Below, in pieces: positions 25,346 to 39,064 of a stretch of DNA of 64,000 nt; the stretch's first letter is position 1; each line of letters starts with the position of its first letter. The notes under the pieces are model-generated. The model was not told the origin of the DNA. It worked only from the letters and a program-made list of their open reading frames with translations, and made no database searches. The DNA is from Octopus sinensis (taxonomy: Eukaryota), in NCBI RefSeq assembly GCF_006345805.1, contig NC_042999.1, forward strand, positions 153,202,001 to 153,266,000, given 5' to 3'. Made by a program: the position numbers and the translations under genes.

Positions 25346-25676
25346 ATTCCGCCAAGGTTGACTTTACCTTTTATCTTTTCAGGGTTGATAAATTAAGTTG
25401 CAGTTGTGTACTGGGGTCTATCTAATCCAATGCCCCCATTCCCTTCCCCAAAATTTCGGGCCTTGTGCCTAGAACAGAGAAGAATAATTTGGGTTAGATG
25501 TGGTCAATGTAACTACTAAAGAATACTGAGAATACCATGAACAACTGGAGATAAGATAAGGTTGCTATGCTGTCTAGAGACAAAAGTGTATTCTGTAGAA
25601 AATAAAATTAATGTTGATTCCGTCTTTTTTTTTTTTTCCTTGTGGTTTCTTTGGACTCACCTGGGAATTTCTACAG

Positions 25677-25816
25677 AAACCATTGTAGCACGAAAGACTA
25701 AACATTTGAGTTTTGCACAGTTAAAGGAAGCCGACCAACAGCAACAGAAGCAAAAGAATGCCCTGAACTCGTCTCTTCACAAGACAAACACAACACCAAA
25801 CGAAGACAAATTCAAA
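25677..25816 (+). CDS. TNRC18: Exon 19 (phase 1-0), ETIVARKTKHL...EDKFK
   Basis: tttctacag acceptor, AAA|GTAAGG donor. Confidence 0.87.
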
Positions 25817-25848
25817 GTAAGGAACCATTATTATTATTATTATCTTTA

Positions 25849-25885
<37 letters not shown>

Positions 25886-26384
25886 GAGATTAAATTAATA
25901 TTTTGTCACAGTTGCTAGTGCAACTGTGATTAGTGTTGAGTATGTTGCTATGTTTGTTGTGGTGGTTGTTGTTGTAATGGTGATGATAGTAGAATGATTG
26001 TTGTTTTTATAAGTGTTGTTGTTGTTGTTGTCATGTGATGTATTGCTGCCTGAGTCTGTGTTTGAGGTGTTGTAATTTAGCAGGTAGTCCCTTATATGGG
26101 AGTTTACAAGGAATAGGGGCCAAATAATTCAAAACACAAGTTCATCTCACTCTCAAGATGACAGAATAGAAAGAAGACAAGAAAGATATGGGCTACACCT
26201 ATACTGTTATTTAATTGATAACAATAATAGACACAGGGAACAGAAAGCTCTTGGTGTTGTTTACTATTACAAATATCATTAACTCTTGTTGTTGGTAAGG
26301 CAGCGACCTGGCAGAATTCTTACCATGCTGGGCTAGATGCTTAGCTGTATTTCATCCATCTCTATGTTCTGAGTTCAAATTCTG

Positions 26385-26603
26385 ATATTTTTGGGGTCCA
26401 AACTGGTAGAATATTTTTGTGTTCAAACAGGTAGAATATTTTTGGGTTCAAACTGGCAGAATATTTTTGGGTTCAAACTGGTAGGATATTTTTTGGGTTC
26501 AAACAGGTAGAATATTTTTGTGTTCAAACAGGTAGAATATTTTTGGGTTCAAACAGGTAGAATATTTTTGGGTTCAAACAAGTAGAATATTTTTGGGTAC
26601 AAA
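26385..26603 (+). repeat. Same 25-bp minisatellite (about 9 units) inside a SINE B box
   Basis: GAGTTCAAATTC precedes and GGGTACAAATTCC follows the array. Confidence 0.9.
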
Positions 26604-26960
26604 TTCCACTGAGGTCGACTTTGCCTTTCATCCTTTCAGGGTCAATAAATTAAGTACCTGTTGTGTACTGGGGTCGATCTAATCAAATGCCCCCACCTTT
26701 TGGAGTTGATAAAAATAAGTCCCGATCGAGAACTGGGGTCAATTTAATTGACTTACCGACTTCCTTTAAAATTGCTGTGCCAAAATTTGAAATTAATATT
26801 GTTGTTTTTGTTGTTGTTGCTGATGGATAGTTACATAGACTGTAGTTCATCTTTTTCTGTCAAGAGTTTGTTGTTGTTGTTGTTGTGGTATCAGTTGCAG
26901 CTGCTGCTGTTGTCATTTGCCTTCTCTCTCTCTCTCTCTCTCTCTTTATATATATATATA

Positions 26961-29900
26961 CATCATCATCATCATCATCATTTAGCGTCCGTTTTCCATG
27001 CTAGCATGGGTTGGACGGTTCTACTGGGGTCTGTGAAGCCAGAAGGCTTCATCAGGCCCAGTCAAATCTGGCAGTGTTTCTACGGCTGGATGCCCTTCCT
27101 AACGCCAACCACTCCGTGAGTGTAGTGGGTGCTTTTTACGTGCCACCCGCACTGGTGCCAGACAGAGCTGGCAAACGGCCACGAACGGATGGTGCTTTTT
27201 ATGTGCCACCGGCACGAGGGCCAGGCGAGGCTTGCAACGGACACGAAACGGGGCGGTGCTGGCAACGGTCGCGAAACGGAAAGTTCTCTTACATGCCACC
27301 GGCACTGGTAACACATCTGCAATTTCCATTGATCGATTTCGATTCTGATCCTCACTTGCCTCAATGGGTCTTCACAAGCAGAGTTTCGACATGCCACCGG
27401 CACTGGTAACACATCTGCAATTTCCATTGATCGATTTCGATTCTGATCCTCACTTGCCTCAACACGTCTTCACAAGTAGAGTTTTGTGTCCCAAGAAGGG
27501 AAGGTATGCATACGTAGGCTGGCTCCATCCCATGTAGAAGGCCACGGGTTGTGGACTCACTTGTCCTGCCGGGTCTTCTCGCGCACAGCACACTTCCAGA
27601 GGTCTCGGTCTCTAGTCATTTCCTCAGTGAGACCTAAAGTTCGAAGGTCGTGCTTCACCACCTCGTCCCAGGTTTTCCTGGGTCTGCCTCTTCCACAGGT
27701 TCCCTCAACCGCTAGGGTGTGGCACTTTTTCACACAACTATCTTCATCCATTCTCGCCACATGACCATACCAGCGCAAACGTCTCTCTTGCACACCACAA
27801 CTGATGCTTCTTAGGTCCAGCTTTTCTCTCAAGGTACTTACACTCTGCCGAGTGTGAGTACCGGCATTACACATCCATCGGAGCATACTGGCTTCATTTC
27901 TAGCGAGCTTACGCATATCCTCAGCAGTCACGGCCCATGTTTCACTGCCATGTAGCATGGCTGTTCGTACACACGCATCATACAGTCTGCCTTTCACTCT
28001 GTGCGAGAGGCCTTTTGTCACCAGCAGAGGTAAGAGCTCTCTGAACTTTGCCCAAGCTATTCTTACTCTAGCAGTTACACTTTCAGCACCCCCCCCCCCC
28101 CGCTGCTGACTTGGTCACCTAGGTAACGGAAACTATCAACTATTTCTAGTTTTTCTCCCTGGAAAGTGACGGAAGTTGGTCTCAGAGCATTTTCAGTGTT
28201 TATTGTTCCTGAGCATCTGCCACATACAAAAACCATCTTCCTAGTTAGCCTTCCTTTGACATTGCTGCATCTCTTATGTGTCCATAGCTTACACTTGGTG
28301 CATCTTATAGAGTTTCTACCTACACCTTTTCTACAGATCGAGCAGGGCCATCTACCTGAAGGTGTTTGTGATTTGTCTACCTTCCTACTGATTACGACTT
28401 TGGTTTTAGCTAGATTGACTCTGAGGCCCTTCGATTCTAATCCTTGTTTCCACACCTGAAACTTCTCCTCCAGTTCTGATAGCGACTCAGCAATTAGAGC
28501 AAGGTCATCAGCATAGAGGAGCTCCCAAGGGCATCCTGTCTTGAATTCCTCCGTTATTGCCTGGAGGACTATGATAAATAGGAGGGGGCTGAGTACTGAG
28601 CCTTGGTGGACCCCTACCTCTACCCGGAATTCTTCACTGTACTCATTTCCAACCCTCACCCTACTAGCGGCGTCCCTATACATGGCCCGCACAGCTCTCA
28701 CTAACCATTCATCTATCCCTAGTTTTCTCATTGCCCACCAGATAAGGGATCGGGGGACCCTGTCGAAGGCTTTCTCCATGTCAACAAAAGCCAGGTACAG
28801 GGGCTTATCTTTGGCTAGGTATTTCTCCTGCAGCTGCCTTACCAGGAATATAGCATCAGTAGTACTTTTCCCTGGCACAAACCCAAACTGCATCTCATCT
28901 AAACTAACTCTCTCTCTAATTAGTTGGGCTATGACCCTCTCCGTAACCTTCATCACCTGGTCCAACAGCTTGATACCTCTGTAGTTATTTGTATCTAGGG
29001 CATCACCTTTACCTTTGTAGCAGTTGACTATTATACTGCTACACCAGTCATTGGGTATGACCCCTTTGTGTATCACCTGATTAACTATATGGGTGACTAG
29101 GCTATAGCCGACACTACCAGACATTTTGAGCATCTCTGCAGTGATTCCTGATGGGCCTGGGGCTTTCCCTGTCTTCATGCTTCTAATTGCCTTAGCTACC
29201 ACAGAACTATCAACTCGGATAGCTGGTCCCTCTGTTGGGTCAACATTCGGCAGACTCTTTATCCCATTCATTTTCTTCATTCAGCAACCTTTCATAGTGG
29301 CATCTCCAAACCTCTCTCTTCGCATCCTCATTTAGCGCAAGTGAACCATCTTCCATGCGAACACACTTCTCTCCTACCACATCACGATTCTCTCTCACAC
29401 ACTGTCTTGCAACACGAAACACCTCCAGTCTTTGGTCCTCACGGCGCAGAACATTGGCAAATTTTTTCTTATCTGCTTCCCCTCTGGCTAAATAAACCTG
29501 TCTCCTAGCTTCTCTTTTGGCAGTCTGATACAATTCCCTGCTACCCCCATTTTTCCAGACCTTCCAAGCCTGTCTCTTTTCTCTAATAGCCCTGTCTACA
29601 ATATTGTTCCACCACCACGTTATTCTAGGTCGAGAGGGGACTTTGCACCAGCCACAGATCTGGTCAGTGGCTCTCAGCAGGTTGTCCCTTAGAAACGTCC
29701 AGCTGTCTTCTACCCCCTGTGATGCTCTATCCCCTTCTACTTCGTCAGAGGCTTCAAGTAATATGTCCCTAAATCTCTGTCCATTTGCAGGATCTTTAAG
29801 CTTCCAGATCCTTCTTCTCCATATTTGTCGTCTTCTGGTTGTCCTCTTAGTCCTGATCCTAAAGTCACTAACTACCAGTCTATGTTGTGGGGTACATTCT

Positions 29901-29977
29901 TCACCTGGGAAGGTTTTGGCATTTATAAGCAGCCATCTCTCCCTTTGCCTTGTAAGGATGTAGTCAATTTGGCTGGT
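26961..29977 (-). mobile_element. 5'-truncated RTE-like non-LTR retrotransposon (APE C-terminus, RT, PHD finger, 3' UTR, (ATG)n tail)
   Basis: SQIDYIL...QHRLVVSDF (endonuclease end), NYRGIKLLD, QFGFVPGKST, FVDMEKAFDRV, GVHQGSVLSP, LYADD, FRYLG, RRLRWYGHVARM, RGRPRKTW. Two frameshifts (near 29245 and at C13 28089-28101) and no in-frame stops seen. ORF stop 27557, tail near 26961. Confidence 0.95.
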
Positions 29978-31162
29978 ATATATACATATATATATATTTA
30001 TTTATTTATTTATTTATTTATGTGTGTATGTATATGTATGTATATATCCTTCTTGGTTGGTTAATTTTGATTTTATATTTATATTATTATTATAATTATT
30101 ATTATTATTAATATTAATACTCTTTTGTGTTTTGCGATCAAATTCTGCTGTGATCAATTTGACCTTTAACCTTTTTGGATCACTAAAATAAAACATCAGT
30201 CGAAGAACGGAAGCTGACAGGTAGAATCATTAGCCCACCTGGTGAAATGCTGTATGAGATTTCTTTCAGTTCTTTTTATGTCCCGAGTTCAAATATCATG
30301 AAGGTTGATGTTGCTCTTCATCTTTTTGGGGGTCAAGGAAACTAGTACCAGTTGAGCCCTGGGCTCACTCAATATGATTCACTAATCCCCTCATCCCAAA
30401 ATTTCAGGTCTTGTGCCTATGGTAGAAAAAATTCATCATTTTCTCTTCTCTTATTTTTATGTTAATTAGGTAACAAGTATTTAATCTTGATGTTTGGTTA
30501 CTACAAATCTCCTCAAACTTCAAGAATCTTCGTTAAGATACTTGCAAGATATAATAATTATTATTTTTGTCGTTGTTCAAATTTTGCTGAGGTCGACTTT
30601 GCCTTTCATCTTTTGGGAGTCGATAAATCAAGTACCAGTTGCGTACTGGGGTCGATCTAATCGACTGCACCCCACCACCAAAAGCACATACCAAATTTCG
30701 AGCCTTGTGCCTATAGTGGAAAAGATTGTTGTTGTTGTTGTTGTTACCCTGTCGTGCAAAATGCTTAGCAGCATTTCGTCCACCCAGACTTTCTGAGTTC
30801 AAATCCTGCCAATGTCGATTTTTGCCCTTCACCCTTTTGGGGTCAAAAGTTGATCACTAGGGTTGTTGTAATCATCTTGCTTCACTCCGATGAAAATGGT
30901 GGCCTTGTGTCAAAATTTCAAACTATTATTATTCTTATTGTTGTTGTTATTATCATTATTATTATCATCATCATCATCATATTTTCTTAGCAGAAGCAAC
31001 TGAGTAACTCAGGGACTGAGAGTTTCATGTGTTTGCATTTACGAAAATCTCAATCCTTAAGTCACTCTGTTGCTACTGCTAAATATTAAGAAAATATATA
31101 GTCAGGTGTGCATGTGTATACACACATGTATATATATACATGTGTATGGATGTATGTGTGTG

Positions 31163-31211
<49 letters not shown>

Positions 31212-31252
31212 TAAAATTTTGAGTTCTATTTCTCCTGTTTGCATCATAAAGC

Positions 31253-31575
31253 ATCATCATTGTTTAACGTCTGCTTTCCATGCTGGCATGGGTTGGACGA
31301 TTTTACTGAGGACTGGCAAACCAGATGGCTGCACCAGGCTCCACTCTTGATCTGGCAGAGTTTCTACAGCTGGATGCCCTTCCTAACGCCAACCACTCCG
31401 AGAGTGTAGTGGGTGCTTTTATGTGCCACCGGCACAAGGGCCAGTCAAGCAGTACTGGCAACAGCCATGCGCAAGTGGTGTTTTTTATGTGCCACCTGCA
31501 CAGGAGCCAGTCTAGCAGCACTGGCAATGACCTCGCTCGAATGTTTTCCATGTGCCACAGACACAAGTGTCAGTA
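31253..31575 (-). mobile_element. RTE-like LINE 3' tail copy
   Basis: Same tail motifs in antisense. Confidence 0.8.
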
Positions 31576-32559
31576 AATCATTATTTAAGGTGGTGAGCTG
31601 GCAGAATCGTTAGCATGTTGGACGAAATGCTTAGTGGTATTTCATCCTTCCTCATGTTCTGAGTTGAAACTCAGACCACCGAGGTCGACTTTGCCTTTCA
31701 CCCTTTCAGGGTCGATAAATTTAGTACCAGTCAAATACTGGGGTTGATGTGATTGACAATCATCTGCCCTCAAATCTCAGGCCTTGTGCCTATAATAGAA
31801 AGGATTATTATTATCAGTTGGTGCAGGCCTGGTTGTATGGTGAAGTAACTCACATTGCAAGCATGTCCTTTGGGTTCTGTTTCATAATGTGGCGCCTTGG
31901 GCAAATATTTTCTATAGCTCCAGGCTGACCAGTACCATGTGAGTGAATTGTGTGTGTGTTAAACCAGCTTTTGTCCCCAACTGCCAATAACTGACAGCCA
32001 GTGTTGGTTAGTCCACATCTCCATAATTTAACAGTTTGGCAAAAGACACTGATTGTGGAACTTTAGTCTATAAATGTCTCCATCATGAATAAACTGATTT
32101 GAGAACAACTTCTCGAGCATGAAACATCATGGTGACAAACGGTGTCTTGAATAATGAACACGTAAGCTGGCAACAACTGTTGATGACAAGCTGGGAATAT
32201 CATTGCAAGAGCATCCGTTATTTCCTGGCTTTTGTTCAGATTTGCCATGCCATGTCTTGAATTTCATATGAGAAAAATAGCTTTGATTTGCGAACATTTC
32301 TGGTGATTAACAGCCTTCAGGAATGAATTAAATTCATAAATCAAGATGCTACTGTATTCTCATCATTTAATGTCCCCTTTCCATGCTTGCATGAGTCAGA
32401 TGGAATTTATTGAGGCAGATTTTCTACAGGTGGGTGCCTTTCCAGTGTCCAACCTTCATATTGCTTTTTGTCTCTACTGGTTTCATATTTACGTGGTTCT
32501 CATTATTACTGTCATGACTCTACTCGCATAACCACATTTACTTCTCATATCACATGTAC

Positions 32560-33060
32560 CTCTTCTCTATTATCATTGTCATCATCATCATCATCACCAT
32601 CTTCACCTTCTTCACTTTCTTCTCACTCCTCCTCATAGTATCTCTCCCTCCCTCCCTCACTTCATCTCTTTCTGCTTGTTCCTTCCCTACCTTACTCTCC
32701 CTCTCTATCCTTTAACTTTTCACCACCACCACTAAAAAATACTCTTTCCTTTTGCTTTTCTATTACTGTGCCCTACTCCCTCCACCCGCACCCTCTTATC
32801 ACCCTTTATATCATCAAACTTTGTATATTCCACATCCATATTTCACAGATGGCAACAGCTGTACTCGCAGCCATTCTGGCATCCTCATTGCCATGCCACA
32901 ATTCTAAGATGCCACACCATGATTTCCAATATCTCTCCCCACTCCTCCCATACATATTTACTCCATCACCATCAAAACAACACAATCTCATTATAAAGAT
33001 CATCGTAATACTCCCCCACTCTTTCTCTCTTTCTGAACCTGTATCCATTTTCTATCTTCT
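32560..33060. repeat. Intronic pyrimidine-rich low-complexity tract; (TA)n, (CA)n and (ATT)n microsatellites occur throughout the introns
   Basis: Composition. Confidence 0.7.
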
Positions 33061-34178
33061 AATATGAAGTATCTTTTTTTTATATAGTTTTCTTAATTTT
33101 GGGGGATTTTTTTTTTGCAAAAATTACATGGAAAAGTAAATTTTATATTGAAAACCTCTTCCATTTTCAACTTTATTTTTCTAACATATACATACACACA
33201 CCTCTGCACTCGTGTATATATTTATATATCTTTGTCTGTGTGTGTGTTTATACTTTTAAAGAGAAAAAAATACATACATATCCATATAAACCGACTTTGA
33301 AATAAAAGGCCTGAAATTCCATAATATACTTACTTAATAATCTGAAATAAATTCTTGCTGGCTTTCCATTCAAAGTTATTCCATATAAATTGAAGCTAAA
33401 ACAAGAAAGAGAAACAAAATAATAATAATAATAATAATGATGATAATAATAATAATAATAATAATAAACAGATTACCGACCAATATTCTTTACTTATGGA
33501 TTCTTTGATTCTTTGGTAATGGTTTATTTACTTTAGAAAAGGTGAGCTTCTTTGAATGGTTTTGTAACTTAAGTTATTTTCTAAATTTGAATCAACATTT
33601 TTTTTTCCTTTTTTAATGTATTATAAACAAAAACAAAGGCACGAACCGATAAAAACTCGACTTCATCTCAAAGAAAAGATACTTATGTTTTAATCTTTAG
33701 TTGTTTATAAGTTTGCTTTTTTTCCTTCGTTTTATTCTGTTTCAAAAATTGAGTTTCGTTTTGTATAGTTGCTTTAGCATTTTTGTTTTAATGTTTCTTG
33801 ATAATAATAATAACAATGATAATAATAATGAGGATTTGTTTAGTAATAATAAAAGGGTAGCAGCAACAGTGATAATAAATTTGAATAATACTTTAACTTC
33901 CTTTAAAAATAATTCACGGAAAATGCTATGATATACTTAACTTAAAACCTTTTAAAAAAAAATAAAGATCTGTGTGTGTATGTATGTAAATTTATATACC
34001 CTGTATACATGCATTTGTATGTATGAACATATGTGTGGGTTTGTGAATATATATTTATACGTGTGTGTGTGTGTGTGTGTAAATGAATATGTAACTCCAA
34101 TTGTCATCCATCAAGCATTTGAATATTAATTTGTGTGTTTGTGTATATGCTTCAATGAATGTACAAAGATTTACCTGA

Positions 34179-34213
<35 letters not shown>

Positions 34214-34773
34214 GAAATAGCCTCCAACTACAATTCTGGTTTTTTGTTGTGGTTATTATTGTATTACTGAATAGAAAACACAAGCTAACTTTTGTTTTTG
34301 AATTTATAAAACAATCTTGTTGTTATCAAACAGAAAATATAGGAATTAGAATGAGGGAAACTAGAAATGAAGAAAAAATCTAAACTTGCAGATTAAAAAA
34401 AAAAAACTTCTTTGATTAAAAACTTACTCTGGTCTCGAGGATATATTTCCTGTTTATTTCAAAATTTTTTTCCCCGACTACCACTTCTCTGTATTCTTGA
34501 GGCCTAATTGTGATTTGGAAGCCAGCTTCTATGAGTTTATTTAATATAGATTATACATACATCTATTGTACTCCTCCTCTATCATCTTTGTATATTTAGA
34601 TATACTTTTAAAAGTGAAATGTCTATGAGGTTATATTATAGAGTTTGAACGAGTTTGTGTGTGTTTTTGGGAGTTAATGCGTTACGGTTATTTAATATGT
34701 GTGTATGTGTATAATTGTGAGGTTGTTTGTGTGTACACTGCAAGGATAAAGAGGGCTGTGTATTTAAGTGTTT

Positions 34774-34811
<38 letters not shown>

Positions 34812-35061
34812 GTTTGTAAGATTGTGTATAGAAGGATATATATTATTCAAAGGAATTCCAACTCTGTTTTTTGTTTTATTTATATTCTTTATAATATTAA
34901 TGTAGAATATAGAATATATAGTATATATAGTAAAATGAAATGAAGTATTGTCTTATTGAAAAGAAGAAATATTGAATATCAAATATTAAGGGACTAGTAT
35001 ACTTTCTTGCATTTAAGCAGTCTTCAAGGTCCCAGGTTGTGACAGGAATGTTTCAACTGTA

Positions 35062-35095
<34 letters not shown>

Positions 35096-36988
35096 CATAA
35101 ATACGATCCAGGGATCTGAGTGTTGAAAGTTTGTAGGCTTTAAGTAGTATGTGACTGCTATAGAGAGCAAAAGGTGGACAGTGTATGATAAGATGCAATA
35201 ATAATTTATTGGCATTGAGAATTATACACTGTTTCCAATACTGAACAATTGCATCATGAACTCCAGCTAGTTAAGAAACACATGTAGTGTGCATTTTACC
35301 TGTTCCACTCTTACAATTTGAATTTATATATATATGTAGTAATAACAAGAAATTTTGGATCCAAAAGTTCTTATTATATTCGTTGTACACTTGTACACTC
35401 TAATGACACCAGACTAATAACATTCCTATAAATCTACTCCTTAAAATGGGAATAATATGAGGTAGCCAGAATAAATAGCATAGATTTTTATGAGCGCATC
35501 CAAAAATGTTTGACATAAATGGATTTAAAGATTATATATATAGTAAGTGAATTAGGATATACATTCTAGATATTTAACTCCTGAAACACTCCCACAGATC
35601 TGAAATTTGAAAGGTTGAAAAGTCTCTTGAGACACCACAGCTCCAATAATCTAAAAATAAAAATGTATCCATTGAGTATATATAATAATAAAAAAACATC
35701 AAAGAATGGAGTTAGCAAACTGTGTTTAATGCTTCGTTTACAATTGTTTCGTCGGTTTCCATTATAACCAATTTTGCATCATGTCATTAGTATATCAATG
35801 ATTACTGAATGTTTTGGCAAAATGATTGGTGACAGGTGAGGCAGACAACCTGTGTAGTGCTTGAGCCATTACTAAATGCACCCAGTACACTTTGTAGAAT
35901 GGCTGGTATTAGAAAGGACATCCAGCCATAGAAACCAAGTCATGAAGTCAAATGACCCATATCAGCCTATAGGAGCAGTGTCTGCCATTCAACTATGGCT
36001 TGGACTAAGATAACCCATGCCGGCACAGAAAACAGATGTAAAATGATGATGAGGATATGCATATGTGTGTGCACTCCATGTCTTGTCATCACATGCCTGT
36101 TGTGAACAAATATTATCTTCATATAAGCAGTGCTGCTTTTATACAACTTGCCAACAATACATGTCTGTAATAGATATTACCTTGCTTTGAGACTGGTGAG
36201 GTTTGGTGACTTGAAAGAGCAACCAGCCATAGATCTGTTCTCTTTGATAAACTGTTCTTTTGTGTGTAAATGAGTTTGTATATACTGTGATCTGTATGTA
36301 TTTGTATATGTTTGTGTATTGTATTCTGTGTGCGTGTGTGTGTGTGCATGTGTACTGGCAATGGTTTTCTGTTTCTGATACCACAAAAGCTTTTAGGTTT
36401 AACTTGCTTTTAAACAATATAAAGAAAATATATTCAAGATATAAGTTTAGGTTCGACTATTAAATATGTTCTTGTGAGTGTATGCGTGCATTTGTCTAGC
36501 TGAATAAATGGACAACCTATATAGATTGTAATTTATTTATTACTAAGCAGTTTCAGACAGGAGTACACTTCGGTTTCCTGTTTCACATAACATTTATTAC
36601 TAACGACATTTAACGAGTCTCTCAATGTTTTTGTAATCTACTTTCATGGATACAAGAATAAAAAGTAATGCCATTAGACATTCCACCTTTGCTTCCCCAC
36701 ACAATAATTTTAAACTGAAATTTGTTCAATTTTTTGAAATCATTTTTGTTACCTATTTAACCTTTTTATTTTTGTTGAAATACCACTGCCTTTTCTTTTG
36801 ACTAATTTCTAAGATAATGAAAACTTTAGTAAGATATTTTGTCATTATTAAGCTGGTGTGTGGAACATGAATTAATTTAGATCACTTTAACCCTTTTGTT
36901 ACCATATTTCTGTGGAAATACATTGTCTTTTGTTTCATTTAATTTTGAAAATAATGAGGGATTTAGTAAAATATTTTGTCATTATGAA

Positions 36989-37463
36989 CCCTTTCGTTTC
37001 TGTATTTATTTTGAGATGCTCTGTGTTTCTTTCAATTAATTTTAAATATAACAAAGAATTTAGTAAAATAACTTAGTTATCATTAAGCTAGTGTTAGGAA
37101 CATAAATTGTGACTAAGGTTTGGTGGAATATTTTAATTCAGAACTTTTGAAAACAAAGCATTTGTACTACAGAACCAGAGGCAATTTCTGCCAGGTTGGT
37201 ATCAAAAGGGTTAAGAATTATTTCTCTATTATATATTTTAACCCTTTTGTTACCATATTTCTGTTGAGATGCTATGTGTTTTTTTTTTTATTAATTTTAA
37301 ATATAACAAAGAATTTAGTAAAATAACTTAGTTATCATTAAGCTAGTATTAGGAACAAATTGTGACTAAGGTCTGGTGGAAGATTTTAATTCAAAACTTA
37401 TGAAAACAAGACATTGGTACCACTGAGCCAGAGCTGGTTTCAGCCAGGTTGGTAACGAAAGGG
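36989..37463. mobile_element. Tandem dimer of the piggyBac-like MITE (36989-37210, 37242-37463) nested in a related older MITE (about 36891-37583)
   Basis: CCCTTT...AAAGGG ends, TTAA junctions, 31-bp spacer. Confidence 0.8.
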
Positions 37464-38535
37464 TTAAGCTCATGTTTGAAGCATAAATCACCATGAATGT
37501 TAATGACAGGTTTTAATTTAGATTACTTTAAAATAGGATCTTAGAACTAGGGGCAGTCTCAAGTAGTTTGGTATCAAAAGGGTTTGACAGAGCAGATTGG
37601 TACCATGCATGACTAAATCTTATTTTCATCAGTGAAGCCCCATTTATTTTCCTTAGAAAGGTTTGACACTCATTTAAATGCAACCATTCCTTTGTTTGAA
37701 TTTTGTCTGTTAGGAATGGTGTTAGATGATGATGATGATATCATTGCATGTGCAGTTCCATCTCTTGTGGTTAATGAAGAAATTATCATATGTACCATTG
37801 TGATAATGACCAAAATGAAAAAAAGATGGTCTTTTGCACCAAATGAGTGGGAGAAAGCTTTGTTTACTTATTTCAGTTTTTGAACTGCAGCCATACTGCA
37901 GCATAGCTTCAACCAGTTTAGTCAAACAAATAGCCACCCCAACTCTACATACTTATTTTTTAAAATTGGGTATTCTATTAGTTATTATGACCACATTATA
38001 ACGACATAAACAAACCAATACTGCTTTACAAGTATTTGAGATGGGAACGGGGCAAACACAATGATGCATACATATCTATTTTTTATTTCACTTAGGCATA
38101 GCGAATTTAATAACCTGGTATTAGAACTTAATGTACATATTGGAATGAAGTATAAGCCAAGTACAGCACAGTAAAAAGAAATTAAAATGATAAAGGAGGA
38201 GGAAATTGTCATGTGTTCCATTAGCTTACGACTGTTTCTGCTATAAGATGCAATGCACTCATGATTGAATGCTTGAGTATCAGAGCTTCAAACATGAAAT
38301 GCAAGCATTCAACTATGACTATGACTCTTATAGCAGAAACAACTGTAAGCCAATGATGTTAATGACATAATTTCTTACATACATACATATATATATATAT
38401 ATGAGATAATGGTGTCATTGAGACTCGGAGGTGTCAGGTAATGCTGAATAAGTGCTATAGACAGACCATAGTTAAATTCCAGATTCGGCAATATTGCGAA
38501 TAAAGGGTTCAATGTTGGTTCTATGTCAGCGTGTG

Positions 38536-38708
38536 TATATATGAATTTTTTGCGTAATGAGATAAAAAAACCAGGGCTGTATAGATATTAGAGCATTTAT
38601 AGAAAGAAGATCTAATATCTATACAGATAAAAGGTCTATTGATCTTCTATCTATAAATGCTCTAATAGCTATACAGCCTTGGTTTTTTTTATCTCAATAC
38701 ACAAAAAA

Positions 38709-38717
<9 letters not shown>
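38536..38717. repeat. Fold-back element with about 77-bp arms and 28-nt spacer
   Basis: 38536-38612 is the reverse complement of 38641-38717 with about six differences. Confidence 0.85.
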
Positions 38718-38755
<38 letters not shown>

Positions 38756-38993
38756 TTGCTATCATATTAAGCTATCGTATGTCCAAATTTGGCCAAATGG
38801 TTTTTTGTTTTTTTCAATATTTATTTTTGCTTGCAATAGCTGGTTCTTCTGGTCAAATTATCATATCTCCAGCTGCTTCAGATGCCAAGGTATCAAAAAT
38901 TGTCAAAGAATTTTAGCTATGGAATGGTGAAATTATTTTTTAATTTTCTGAAAAAAGCAACATTTTGGACTTACGATACTTTTGCATAATAGC

Positions 38994-39064
<71 letters not shown>

